DNA of 64,000 bases from Octopus sinensis. Its lineage: Eukaryota. The notes under the pieces are model-generated. The model saw only the letters and a list, made by a program, of their open reading frames with translations, searched no databases and was not told the DNA's origin. The DNA is taken from NCBI RefSeq assembly GCF_006345805.1, contig NC_042997.1:195672001-195736000 (forward strand). The letters are read 5' to 3'. A program made the translations under genes and the position numbers. Positions 23,318 through 35,640 of this stretch are shown here, piece by piece; positions within the stretch are counted from its first letter, which is position 1; the number at the start of each line of letters is the position of its first letter.

Positions 23318-25367
23318 TTCCAGTTACCCAGAATGCAACACTAGTTGGTCTGGACTGTTACAGTGATATGTGAGTTTCGGCTTCGTGAATAGAAAAAAAA
23401 AGAACAAAAAGAAAAATTGTCAATTATGGCTCGCTATAGCGAGCAAAATACTGGGTTCTCATCACCATAACGGTGAATTGATAATTTTTGCTTGAAAATT
23501 CTTTTTGTAAATTCTAGTGGGCGTATCTCCCCAGAAAAAGTACAATTTTTCCGAATTAGCCATTTGGATTACCTTTTTGGATTACCTTTTTGGAGTATTA
23601 TACAAAGGATTCCCTGTCTGTGCTTTTTGTGAGGTTTTTCTTTTACATTTCCCTTCTTCTATTTTTTCTTTCTTTCTAAATTTTGGTTCATTCTTTTCAT
23701 TACTTTAATTACAGTTTCCTCCCCTCTTCTTTTATTTTTTATTCGGTTTAATTTTTTGGCAGACTGTCTTTTGAACTACTTTTGAACTGATTTTGACATG
23801 GCAGAGAAGAAACTTAAAAAGAAAAACTCTGTCTTAGAGTGGGAAATTAACCCGCCTAAGCAGTGGTTAAAAGATATGGAGGAGAATTCGATGGTACTTA
23901 GAACTTATTCTAAAGTTCTTAATTCCATCACCGTCTTCCCAAAACAAGTCATAAAAAATGGACTTAAAGAATATTTGTCCTCTTTAAAATATATATATCC
24001 CGTGGTGTCAAACATGCAACCGTATGGTTGCTGTTTGACAACGGGGAAAAGGCTCGCCAGTTTGCGAGTCAGCCTTTATAAGGCAAGGAAATTCTGTTCC
24101 TTCCGTCATATTGTGGAAGAAAATTAATACGAGCCTGGGTATGTGGGTTACCCCAAGGCACCGAAGCAGATTGGATTGAAGATGCCATCCGACGGGGATG
24201 GGGGATGGCGTGCCCAGTGTCTTAAATGTAAGGGTATTGCCGGCGGTCGATGGAAGGGTCAAAAGCGATTTTGACCCTGTGGACCCCATCGGCCGCAACA
24301 GATCTGGTATTTTCCAGATTTCTTGAAAATGGCTGCCTGCAGGTATCCGGTGATACTTGAGGGACGTCCCCCCCAAGTGTCACTCGTGTCTGCAGCCAGA
24401 CCACATTAATAGGAACTGCCCCAGGACCATGATAAGGTCCTGGAACAGTCACTAGATGCCACCTCCCCTACCCTGTCAAAGGGAGAAGTGGATGAGGTCG
24501 AGGAGGCTACAGCCTTCTCAACTCAAACATGATTAAAAAGGAAGAAGGCGGGCAACAATAGTTGCCCGCCGAAGGAACCTAAGGCTTCGGGAGGCGGGGG
24601 AGAGTCTCCGGACAAAGCGGAAGAGCTCCACTCTCCTGAAGTCAGGAAGAAAAGAAAAAAAAGCGGGGAGAGATGACGTCCCGTCTGCATGTCCCGAGGT
24701 TGTGCCACCACGGTGGAAGAAACCACTCCCATCCTTAAAGATGATCAATTAATTATATTTTTCTATAAGGGCGGGGAGGTGGAAAAAATAGTAGAAGAAC
24801 ATAAAGAGACAGTAGATATGCCCTTCACACGGGATCCCGAATGGCCTCCGCAGATAGCTGTGGAGGTCATAAGGTTTCTCTTGTGGGAAAGGCTTAAAGG
24901 ATTTGGGGAGGAGTGTCGCATATGGCCTGGTGGCCCTTACACGACTTACATGTCCTACATGAGTGAGGTATGGGAAATGGCGGGATACAGGAAATCAAGC
25001 GGCATTGAAGATACTGATGAATATATCGATGGATATATCGAAGAGTAGGAGGTGAAAGACCCACGTTATAGGGTTTGAAACCTCATCTTATTGTATTATT
25101 TGTAGTGGTTTATAATCTCAATTGTGTGTTTTAAAAAAAAAACATTTTAAGTAAGAGGTTTTACCGCCTCCTTCTTGTAAGATGTTTGAAACCTCATATT
25201 GATTTTTAAAAAAAGCAAATATGTTTTCGAGAAAAATCCAATCGGCGGGAGTTGGGTTTCATCTCTCATTTATTCATTCTATTTCATTTTCATTCATTAA
25301 TGTGTTTGTCCAGCCCGCAAAGCTACCCAATCTGTGTACTGTCTATGATGACAAATTTTATGAAATA
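23318..25367 (+). mobile_element. ORF1-only (HAL1-like) non-LTR retroelement with 15-bp TSD
   Basis: TSD at 23303-23317 and 25368-25382; one broken gag-like frame; no endonuclease or RT sequence recognised; ends in AATAAA. Confidence 0.8.
23798..25048 (+). pseudogene. Frameshifted ORF1/gag-like zinc-knuckle protein
   Basis: MAEKKLKKK start, FLPSYCGRKLIRAWVCGLPQG, ILEGRPPK-CHSCLQPDHINRNC (CX2CX4HX4C at 24378-24419), and a C-terminal segment at 24689-25048. Confidence 0.75.
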
Positions 25368-25515
25368 AAGTAGCTTGCTTACCAACTACATGGTTCTGGG
25401 TACAGTCCCACTGCGTGGCACCTTGGACAAGTGTCTTCTACTATAGCTTTGGGCCGACCAAGGCCTTGTGAGTGGATTTGGTAGACAGAAACTGAAAGAA
25501 GCCCGTCGTATATAA

Positions 25516-25553
<38 letters not shown>

Positions 25554-27724
25554 GTGGATGTATATGTTTGTACCCCCAACTTCGCTTGACAACCGATGTT
25601 GGTGTGTTTACGTCCCCGTAAGTACTAGGCTTGCAAAGAATAAGTCTTGGGGCCGATATGCTCGACTAAAGGCGGTACTTCAGCATGGCCGCAGTCAAAT
25701 TACTGAATCCAGCAAAAGTGTAAAAGAGTAGTGTTTCTCAACATAACGTTAACTTTGCTGGTCTTTAAAGAGATTTCAAGAGGTGAGTAAGGAAGAAAGT
25801 AATAGTGACACATTTAGATCTAATTTTACTTAGAATCTTAAGCAAATTTATATTACACATAAGAAAGGGAGGAGAGGAAACCGGTGGTGGTTTGCGTCGG
25901 TAAAAAGTGTACGTGAAATTTAAACAGCGAAGTTTAAGAGTTTGGATAAGTTCATGTGTCATGGAGAGAAATTAACATTTCGAGACTGATCCTTTGCATG
26001 CGAAAAACATATTTTTCAATTGTATTTTTTTCTCGAGCAAAAACGTCAGATTCTAAGTTTCCCCATGGTCACGAACTTATTTAAATTCAGGAACTTTAAG
26101 TCATTATACCAAAGAACTAAACTTTCACTAACGCATCACAAGATACAAAAAATACACACATAAAAAAAAGAAGCTGCAATGTTGTGAATTGAAAACGTTA
26201 TTATTTTGGCCTTACAGATTTTGTTCCACATGGGAATATTTAATCAATTATTATACGTAAAATAAATTGTCTCGCAGTATTTTCTTTGAGTGTTGGATAC
26301 ATGCTGTGAAATTTTCTGGCATGACTTTTATAATGTCATCAGCGATTTGGAAAATATACATAAAAAAAGAGTTATCTACTTCGACTCCATTTTTCCTTTC
26401 ATTTCTGATAGGAAATTAGTACCACCACTAGATATCATATCCTTCTGATGAATATTCTGTAAGATATTAAACGGATAACTGGAGAGACACGTATGGTTAA
26501 ATGTTACGTACCATACTTTTTGATTATTATTAGTGTGTTCAATGATATCACAGAAGGAAGAAACGGAAGTCGTAATCATTAACTGATTTCTCAAATTCTT
26601 GTGGATGATAATAGTAGCATATTTTGTCAATTGAGTCACGCGGCTTGGAAAATTTTCCATTGTCTTTCCAATAGAAAGAAATGACTGTAAATGTACCCTG
26701 TCGATAGTCTTCTTGGGAAGCAAGCAGATGCAATTGTTCTAGTATAGTGTTTTATTAAAGACACAGGATTAAGATGATTTGAGTTTAGGAAAGCTTTTCT
26801 GTTCTATTGTGAGCTTTTGTATTTTTCTAACAGAATGATGTAGATTGATTCGACGCTATCGTATTGCTAACGCTTATTTTCTTGACTTGTTGAAAGATAA
26901 CCACTGCATCAGAGGGATTCAAAGTTGGAAATTAAAAGGAAATATCTCAATACTGTAAGGCATTCAGTCTAACTTTCTCCTGTTTCTGTGAACTTCATTG
27001 CGAGCGCAGAAAGGTGAAATATCTTTCTTATTTTCGGTTCAGTAAATAATTTCGAAATTTCAGATCCTTAATTCTGAATGTCTAAATACGTTGCAATATT
27101 CAATAAAAATTGGTTTATGGTTAGTAAAAAAGAAAATGAAAAAGAAAAAGATTCATTTAGTATCTCGTTTAAAAAATAGTATTTAACGCGCAACCCATAA
27201 GTAAGAAGGTCCCGTTTTTATTGAAAGAAAGATTAGATTCATGTTAGAAAATTACGACTACATTTATTATATTTTTATGTGGTGTTGTAGGAGAGGAAAA
27301 CCGTTTTCTGCCGCTGTCTTTTTTAACGTTTGGTTACTCAGTGCTCCCTGAATTGTACAACAGATAAACTTAATGTAGACGTATATATATATAATGTATC
27401 AAACTCATTGTGATTGATACATACGATTGAAGCGCTGGTGTATAGCTGTGGAAATTAAAATAAATTGGAGCGCTATTGGTGTATAAGGAACGAAAAGGAA
27501 AAAAAAAGTCCTATGAATTAAAATAATGGATTGAAATATAATATCCGGTGAAAATTACCATATTAAAAAGGAAATGTTTAAGAAGCTAGGCAGTGAATTG
27601 AGAGAATCGGAATGCAACGAGCAAGAAATCTTCTGGTATTTGGTTGTTTGCATTTATATTCTACGTTCAAACCATACCGAAATCAACTTCATCTTTCATC
27701 TTATATAATAATATTATAATAATA

Positions 27725-28325
27725 GAGGTGGCGAGCTGGCAGAAGCGTTAGCGCGCCGGGCGAAATGCTTAGCGTTATTTCGTCTGTCGCTATGTTCTGA
27801 GTTCAAATTCCGCCGAGATCGACTTTGCCTTTCATCCTTTCAGGGTCGATTAAATAAGTACCAGTTACGCACTGGGGTCGATATAATCGACTTGATCCGT
27901 TTGTCTGTCCTTGTTTGTCCTCTCTGTGTTTAGCCCCTTGTGGGTAGTAAAGAAATAGGTATTTCGTCTGTCTTTATGTTCTGAGTTCAAATTCCGCCGA
28001 GGGTCGACTTTGCCTTTCATCCTTTCGGGGTCGATAAATAAAGTACCAGTTACGACCTGGGGTCAATGTAATCGACTTAATCCGTCTGTCTGTCCTTGTT
28101 TGTCCTCTCTGTGTTTAGCTACTTGTGGGTAGTAAAGAAATAGGTATTTCGTCTGTCGTTACGTTCTGAGTTCAAATTCCGTCGAGGTCGACTTGGCCTT
28201 TCATCCTTTTGGGGTCGATAAATAACGTTCCAGTTTCGCACTGGGGTCAATGTAATCGACTTAATCCCTTTTTCTGTCCTTGTTTGTCCCCTCTATGTTT
28301 AGCCACTTGTGGGCAGTAAAGAAAT
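27725..28325 (+). mobile_element. SINE family A trimer (one head plus two head-less 185-bp units)
   Basis: Junction AAAGAAATAGGTATTTCGTCTG at about 27950 and 28135. Confidence 0.9.
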
Positions 28326-28479
28326 ATATATAATAATATTATACTAATATAATTTGAGAGAAAGCGTAGCATCCACCCAGATTGAAAAGTTGTGTCTGTA
28401 TAAGGAATCAACATGAGAGATGCTGACGTTTTAGATGCCGATGTTTAAAGTGCATAAGTATTTAGGAGTACAGTACAAT

Positions 28480-28975
28480 CGCTTCAAGAATCATACGTCT
28501 TACAGATGTTAAAATATGGAAGAACTGGGATATGTATATTGATTAACCGCGTAAATTCTTGGAGTGAAGACGCGTGACTACATACACAAACATCAATGCA
28601 AGGAATACCTGTGGAACATTCCCACCGAAACATCTGCCAATTGTAAGCAGGACAGGAGGGTTACTTTTATTCGGGACAAAGAAGAAAAAGTATGTGCCGT
28701 CCTAGCGGTCGGTTGTCCTGTTGCTGTGTATATGACTTTGAAAGTCAAACAGAAAGAGGAAAACTATGGACAACAGCATCTAAACCTTCAGTTTCTATAT
28801 CTAGTTTATAAATTTACATTTGTATCTCTTATTATAAAAGGCAGATTTTATCTGCCTCCCTTTGGGAGTTATACAAATCTACAATATAGGATTTCTTCAA
28901 TTACAATTTACCTAGCATTTTTAAGAGTACAATGCATCGCGTCATGCCAGGTCCAGTTTTTAAAATTTAAACTCC
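28480..28975 (+). mobile_element. Restriction-like-endonuclease (R2/R4/NeSL group) LINE C-terminal remnant
   Basis: EYLWNIPTETSANCKQDRRVTFIRDKEEKVCAVLAVGCP...KVKQKEENYG...LQFLY..YKFTF..II follows the RLE layout with decayed PD-(D/E)xK catalytic residues. Confidence 0.7.
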
Positions 28976-29338
28976 AATTAAGCAAAATTTACAGAAAACT
29001 CACATTCTGGTGTGTGTGTCAAATGCTTTTCTTAGTCTGCTTTACACCACACGCAAACGCACACACACAGGGCAACGAATAATAAATGAAGTAATTCACT
29101 TACTGTAGTGAGTGATTCTTTCACTCTGCCTCCCACTTCCTCTTTCCACACATAGACACGCAAATATATAAATAAAATTGTAAGCTAACGTGCGTGTGTG
29201 TGAGTGTGTGTGTGTGTGTGGTGTGTGCGTGTGTGTGTGTGAGGGTGCGTGTGTGTGTGTGTGTATGCGTGTGCGTGAGTGTGTGACAGGAAAGTTTTTT
29301 TACGACGAATATAAGACCTATATCCAAGTAGCAGAAAG

Positions 29339-29603
29339 ATAAGACAGTAAGGTGTGATTGAGGAGAGATTTGGCTGCTATTTCTACCATGTCCAGCTGCC
29401 ATGTAGGGGTCTCCCTCATAGGCTCATACATACATATATACATAGATAAGACAGTAAGGTGTGATTTGGGGGGAAATGGCTGCTATTTCTCCAGGTCTAG
29501 CTACCATGTAGAGGTCCCCCTCATTGGCTCAATATATATATACATACATAAGACAGTAAGGTGTGATTTGAGGGAGATTGGCTGCTGTTTCTACCAGGTC
29601 TAT
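29339..29603 (+). repeat. Three tandem ~102-107-bp family E units
   Basis: ATAAGACAGTAAGGTGTGATT starts at 29339, 29446 and 29548. Confidence 0.9.
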
Positions 29604-29964
29604 TAGGCCTTCTCATGTAAACTCAAGCTTTCTCATGCCTTGAACATAAGACCAAGCAGAGAATGTATTCTTTTATTCTTCTGCTTTTTCCAGCCATTGG
29701 TCTGTGGCCATGCTGGGGCAATGCCTTGAAGAATTGTAGTTTAATGAATCAACTCCAGTTTTATTTTTGTAAGCATTGTACTTATTCTATCTGTTTCCTT
29801 TGTCAACCACTAGGTGACAGGGATGTAAACAAATCAACATTCGTTGTCAAGCAGTGGTGGAGGACAATCACAAGCACAGACACGCACACACACAACATAC
29901 ATGCATACACATATACACACATACATACATACATACATATATATATATGTGTGTTATATATATA

Positions 29965-30223
29965 TTGCAGCGTGGAAGGTGTTTGTAAGCCATTTAAGAA
30001 AACACACAAAAACCGTTACATTCACTTCAACATTTAAATTTAATTTGCCAAAATATTTTCGTCGCTTTCAGACCGCGACTGTTCACTGACGAAAATATCG
30101 TGCTAACAGGTCGCGGTCTCAAAGCGACGAAAATATTTTGACAAATTAAATTTAAATGTTGAAGTGAATCTAACGGTTTTTGTGTGTTTCTTAAATGGCT
30201 TATAAACACCTTCGACGCTGCAA
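29965..30223. repeat. ~118-bp-arm inverted repeat with partial hammerhead, in (TA)n
   Basis: Arms at 29965-30083 and 30105-30223. The right arm has GTCGC-loop-GCGAC-GAAA-ATAT-TT; CTGACGA lies in the spacer. Confidence 0.85.
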
Positions 30224-30386
30224 CTGTTTTCGTTCCAGCACACGATCTCAGATCAAGTCACTTGCTATGCAAGTACATCTCTGTAACTATATATATATTA
30301 TATATATATATATATATATGTATATTGGTAAAAACAGTAAGATAACAAAAGAAAGAGAGACCTCAATATTATGTAAATAGAGGAAA

Positions 30387-30782
30387 TCTTTATATATAAA
30401 AGTGAGTGGTTGTGTGTCTGTCTCCTACGATTTAGATTCCTAACTACTCCCACATTTTGCGGTGCAGTTTAACCAAAACCGGGTATCTTATAGTCGTGAT
30501 TCATATCGAGACCGTCTGGGTATTAGCGCGCGTCTACGATGAGTCTACGATTTAAAAAAATATTTACCATCAATTTTTCCCATTTTTAATCCATTTTTGA
30601 CATATATAAGGGAAGTAACTCTCTAAAATTTATTATTAAATCTCAGAACGTAAAAAGCTACAGTAACACCCCTCCCCCTTTGTGGTTAGCCATATTGAGA
30701 TGGCTATTATACTTTACATCTCTAAAAATGCTTATATAATTATTTCCCTTACAAACCGAGCAACGCCGGGCGATACTGCTAG
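30387..30782 (+). mobile_element. Non-autonomous Helitron
   Basis: A|TCTTTATATATAAA 5' end, CCGAGCAACGCCGG hairpin, CTAG|T 3' end, no TSD. Confidence 0.85.
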
Positions 30783-31076
30783 TCAATAATAATTGGTTTG
30801 TAAGTAAATGCTTAACTGACAATCTGGATAAGTTCGGATTTTTGAAAAAAGCGAAATCAACCAACTAAATCCCATGTTACAAATACGATCTCTAAGTGGA
30901 ACAGTAGAAATATACAAGAACTTTCTCAAGTTTAAAATGTGACACTGTTTTTGTTATCTACGTTCCAACGATTGAGCTTTGTATCTTTGTCAGAAACCAG
31001 CTCCTTCCTGAGAAAAAGAATTTGAATAATTAAAAACTGAAAAAAACGTGCATGCATACTTACATACATACATATA

Positions 31077-31112
<36 letters not shown>

Positions 31113-31155
31113 TAATATATATATATATATAGCATACACACACACACACACACAC

Positions 31156-31200
<45 letters not shown>

Positions 31201-31230
31201 CATTCATATATATATATAACAAACATATAT

Positions 31231-31418
31231 ATCTGTAAATATAATATGTGACAAGTATTCGGTAGCCATGAGAAAACTCCGAATATCGAAAAAAAAATGC
31301 ATTTTTTTGATGGCCCGATAACTGAAGAGATGCCGGCGTGGATTCCCCCCCCCCCCCGACATCCGAAACTCGGAGTTTTATCATGGCTACCGAATAATTG
31401 TCACATATATTTACAGAT
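31231..31418. mobile_element. PLE-derived palindromic element with hammerhead
   Basis: 31231-31282 is the reverse complement of 31370-31418; (TA)n context. Confidence 0.75.
31317..31382 (+). ncRNA. Type I hammerhead ribozyme motif
   Basis: GATAA-CTGAAGA-GATG...CATC-C-GAAA-CTC-G-GAG-T-T-TTATC: intact core, bulged stem II, GUU cleavage triplet. Confidence 0.7.
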
Positions 31419-31777
31419 AAATTCCTCTATTTACATAATTTCGAGGTCTCTTTCATTCTTTTGTTGTTTTACCATTTCTCTCAATAACATATATATATAT
31501 ATATATATATAACATATATACATATGTATATATACACACACATACACACACACACACATACGCCCCCCACACACATATATATATAATACAAAATGGGACA
31601 AGAACGCAAGACATCCAGAAAAGGGTACAAAAAACACGGACGGGTCATTCGAAGCCTTTAATCTTCAGTCAAGTACCGGATCATCCTCGCAATTTCGGCT
31701 GATTAATCTTGAGATTGCTCAGAGAGAGGGACAGAGTGAGAGAGGTAGACAGAGAAAGAGAGAGGGAGAGACAGACT

Positions 31778-31838
<61 letters not shown>

Positions 31839-32190
31839 CATTCGTGAATTTAGTGACGGGAAATTGTGTCATCTCCTTGGACTAAACGAAAGAGTAACAA
31901 AGCAGAACTAAACAATTTCTGACAAGAGCACCATCCTCCACCTTCTGCTCATCGTATTCATCATCACCATCATCATCACCATCCTTATCACCATCATCAA
32001 CATCATCTTCATTTTCATGATGACCATCATCACAAGTTCAACCACCACCACTATCTCCGCAGCCACTGCCACCACCCTCCCCTCATCGAGAGCACTTAAG
32101 AATCTCTGCAGCAGTTGAAACAACGTCTGTTTCTGTAATGTTGAATCTAAAATCTGCTGCATCCATCGAGGATATCAAGAAAGTAATGTA

Positions 32191-32578
32191 CATAGGCGTA
32201 GGAGTGGCTGTGTGGTAAGTAGCTTGCTTACCAACCACACGGTTTCGGGTTCAGTCTCACTGCATGGCACCTTGGGTAATGTCTTCTACTATAGCCTCGG
32301 GATTTGGTAGACGGAAACTGAAAGAAGCCTGTTGTATGTGTGTGTGTGTGTGTATATGTGTCTGTGTTTGTCACCCCAACGTCGCTTGACAACCGACGCT
32401 GGTGTTTACGTCGCCGTAACTTAGCGGTTCGGCAAAAGAGACCGATAGAATAAGTACTAGGCTTACAAAGAATAAGTTCTGGGGTCGATTTGCTCGACCA
32501 AAGGTGGTGTTCCAGCATGGCCACAGTCAAATGACTGACACAAGTAAAAGAGTATTAAAGTAAGGAGTAAAGAGTATA
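32191..32578 (+). mobile_element. SINE family C, near full length
   Basis: CATAGGCGTAGGAGTGGCTGTGTGG head through GAGTAAAA tail. Confidence 0.9.
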
Positions 32579-33227
32579 TGTTTTAAATTATGTACAATGG
32601 CTGTTTAAAATAACAATTACGAGTTATATAACTGCCTAGATTGTCTCTTCAAGTCTGGTAATGAATTTCCTCGTTAATTATTGGGGAATTACTAGCGAGT
32701 TAACCTTCTTTGATACCCGAAACTGTTTACAGTATTTAACAATCAAAAGCGAAGTTCGTTCTGTAACTAGATATCAATTGTGAACGGATGAGATAAGCAT
32801 CTTTATTCTTTCAATGTATCGTTAATCCGAATTTCGGAGGGAATTCTTTCAAAACTTACTAATTTGTAGGTCTTCAGATGTATTCAGAACCAGTTGGAAA
32901 GAACTATTCTGGATAAGGCTGATAGTATTCGCCCTTTCATTCAAACATATCGGATTTAACATTAATCTATCGGATCAATGCTGATTATTTCAAATATAGT
33001 CGTTTCTTTATGATGGCAACTTGGTATAATGTTAAGAATTGCGTTAAACTTCAGAATTTCAGGACAAGAGCAACGATAACCTCTCTGCTCTGTAAACCGT
33101 ATCAGTGACTTTGGAGGTTGGTTAATTCATGCAAAAACAATGTATGGAGCGTGGTGATGACGACAATGATAATGGTCATTGTTATGATGTTGATGACGAC
33201 AAAGATGATGGTGGTGATATGATAATG

Positions 33228-33778
33228 AGGCGAGCTGGCAGAAACGTTAGCACGCCGGGCGAAATGCTGAGCGGTGGTATTTCGTCTGCGTTACATTGTG
33301 AGTTCAAATTCCGCCGAGGTTGACTTTGCTTTTCATCCTTTCGGGGTCGATAAATTAAGTACCAGTTACGCACTGGGGTCGATGTAATCGACTTAATACC
33401 TATATCTGTCCTTGTTTGTCCCCTCTGTGTGTAGCCCCTTATGGGTAATAAAGAAATAGGTAATATGATAATGATGATGATGATGATGATGAAGATGATG
33501 ACGGCGACAATCATGATGGTGGCGGTAAGATGATGATGATACTGATCGGCGGTGAGATGGCAGAACCGTTAGCACGCCGGGCGAAATGCTTTGCGGTATT
33601 TCGTCTGCGCTACGTTCTGAGTTCAAATTCCGTCGCGGTCGACTTTGCCTTTCATCCTTTCGGGGTCGATTAAAAAAGTACCAGTTACACACTGGAGTCG
33701 ATATAATCGACTTAATCCATTTGTCTGTCCTTGTTTGTCCCCTCTGTGTTTAGCCCCTTGTGGGTAGCAAAGAAACAG
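33228..33778 (+). mobile_element. Two SINE family A copies separated by (GAT)n
   Basis: Heads at about 33228 and 33553; core and tail motifs in both. Confidence 0.88.
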
Positions 33779-34387
33779 ATATTGATGATACTGCTAATGA
33801 AGTTGATAGTGAAGGTCATGATGATGATGATGATGATGATGAGGGCAGTGATATGATGACAATGATAATGATAATGATGATGATGATGATGATTATGATT
33901 ATGATGAAAATTAGAGAAACACTGCAGCAATTGCTTGCTTTCTGCGACAACTAATTTCTTACATAAACATTTGTAATCACTCCGACTTCAATCAAAGATG
34001 TCGATCGTCTGTAATTCTAAGAAAAAAAAACAAACAACTACAAAAACCCAACAAAAACAAAACAAAACAAAAACAAAAAAAACAACAACTCGTGAACAAA
34101 AAAAAATCATATACATGCCTACCAAGCAGATACTAAGAATAATAATAAAAAAAAAATGAACAAAAAATGACGACAACACTCGATTTAACGATATAAGCGT
34201 CTGAGAACAATAAATCAGTTTTATGGAGAGAAGTTACAGCAATTACTTCGAGTTACCTACTCTGCAGTTAACAGACGACATTAGAATAATCAGGAACACA
34301 AAATACGCAAAACACAAACACACACACACATACATACATACATACACACACACATACAACTCCCCTTTCGGCTGTGTGTTTAATCAT

Positions 34388-34436
<49 letters not shown>

Positions 34437-34639
34437 AGTGTGTGTGTGTGTGTGTCTGTGTGTGTATGTATATATATATTATATATATATATATATGTAT
34501 TTATATATGTATATATGTATAAATATATATGTATATATATGTATGCATATATATATGTATATATAGTATGTGTATACACATGTTTGTATATATGTATGTA
34601 TGAATATGAATGTATGTATATATATATATGTATGTATGC

Positions 34640-34695
<56 letters not shown>

Positions 34696-34697
34696 AC

Positions 34698-34736
<39 letters not shown>

Positions 34737-35640
34737 TGTACATACACACACATGCACACACATATATCGTATTACTCTAAGAACTGGTGTACGGTACCAG
34801 AATTTTCGACTCGAGTCAAATACAACAAACTCCAAATCGTTGTTAGAGTATTCCTATATACATACACACATATGTTATATATATAAATACACACGTTCAT
34901 TCGCACGCGCGCGCACACACATACATATACATATACAACCACATAATCATACTTAGAAAAGTTAAATAACAAAAGCATATATTTGATATACACTTCCTGT
35001 CAATATATTCCCATGGATGGAGTAATTATTTGTGTATTCTATTTGCGCTATATTTAAAGCAAAACCTTCCTTTTTCAACTGGAAATAGAAGAATAAAGAC
35101 AGATCTGAATTGTAATATTTAGTGGTAGAAGAAAATCGACAAGAGTCTTGGTTATCCTTCATGGAAATTCTGAAAGCTCGCGGCCTAGCTGTTAGGGTGT
35201 TTGCACTCACGATCATAAGCTCGTAGTTTCGATTCTTGGACCTGGCGGTGCGTTGTATTCGTGAGCAAAACACTTCATTTCACGTTGCTCCAGTCTAATC
35301 AGCTGTAAATAAGTAACTTTGTGACGAATTCGATGGACATGCGAAGCGAGAGTGTCCTGTTGAAGTTGTACATGATGAATCAACCCAGAAGCATAAAATA
35401 ACAATGAAACCGCTGGTGGTGCAACAGTGGTCGACAGGGTCTATACAGGAGACAGCACATCTGTGGCCCAAATGTTGAAGAATGTTGGTGAAATCCCTTG
35501 TTAATTATTCAGGCCGAGCTTTCTCGGGACGTAATCTACGATGTTTCTGCATGTAGCAGCAGCGGTACTGTCCCAAACGGAAGATGGCGTTGCCGCTGCA
35601 GAATGCATAATAACCACTATGAATAATCACTGAGCTTAGT

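Larger units (their letters stand above)
23283..25730 (+). mobile_element. SINE family C split by a 2.05-kb insertion
   Basis: Head at 23283-23317 resumes at 25368 with duplicated AAGTAGCTTGCTTAC; rest of the SINE runs to about 25730. Confidence 0.9.

Noticed and set aside
23429-23444. Perfect 16-bp palindrome GCTCGCTATAGCGAGC in the 5' UTR of the ORF1-only element
   Set aside because: A single short palindrome with no evidence of function; worth revisiting only if conserved in the family consensus.
31585-31725. CTGAAGA and CCGAAA motifs on the minus strand suggesting another hammerhead
   Set aside because: The motifs are in the wrong order and I could not build consistent stems.
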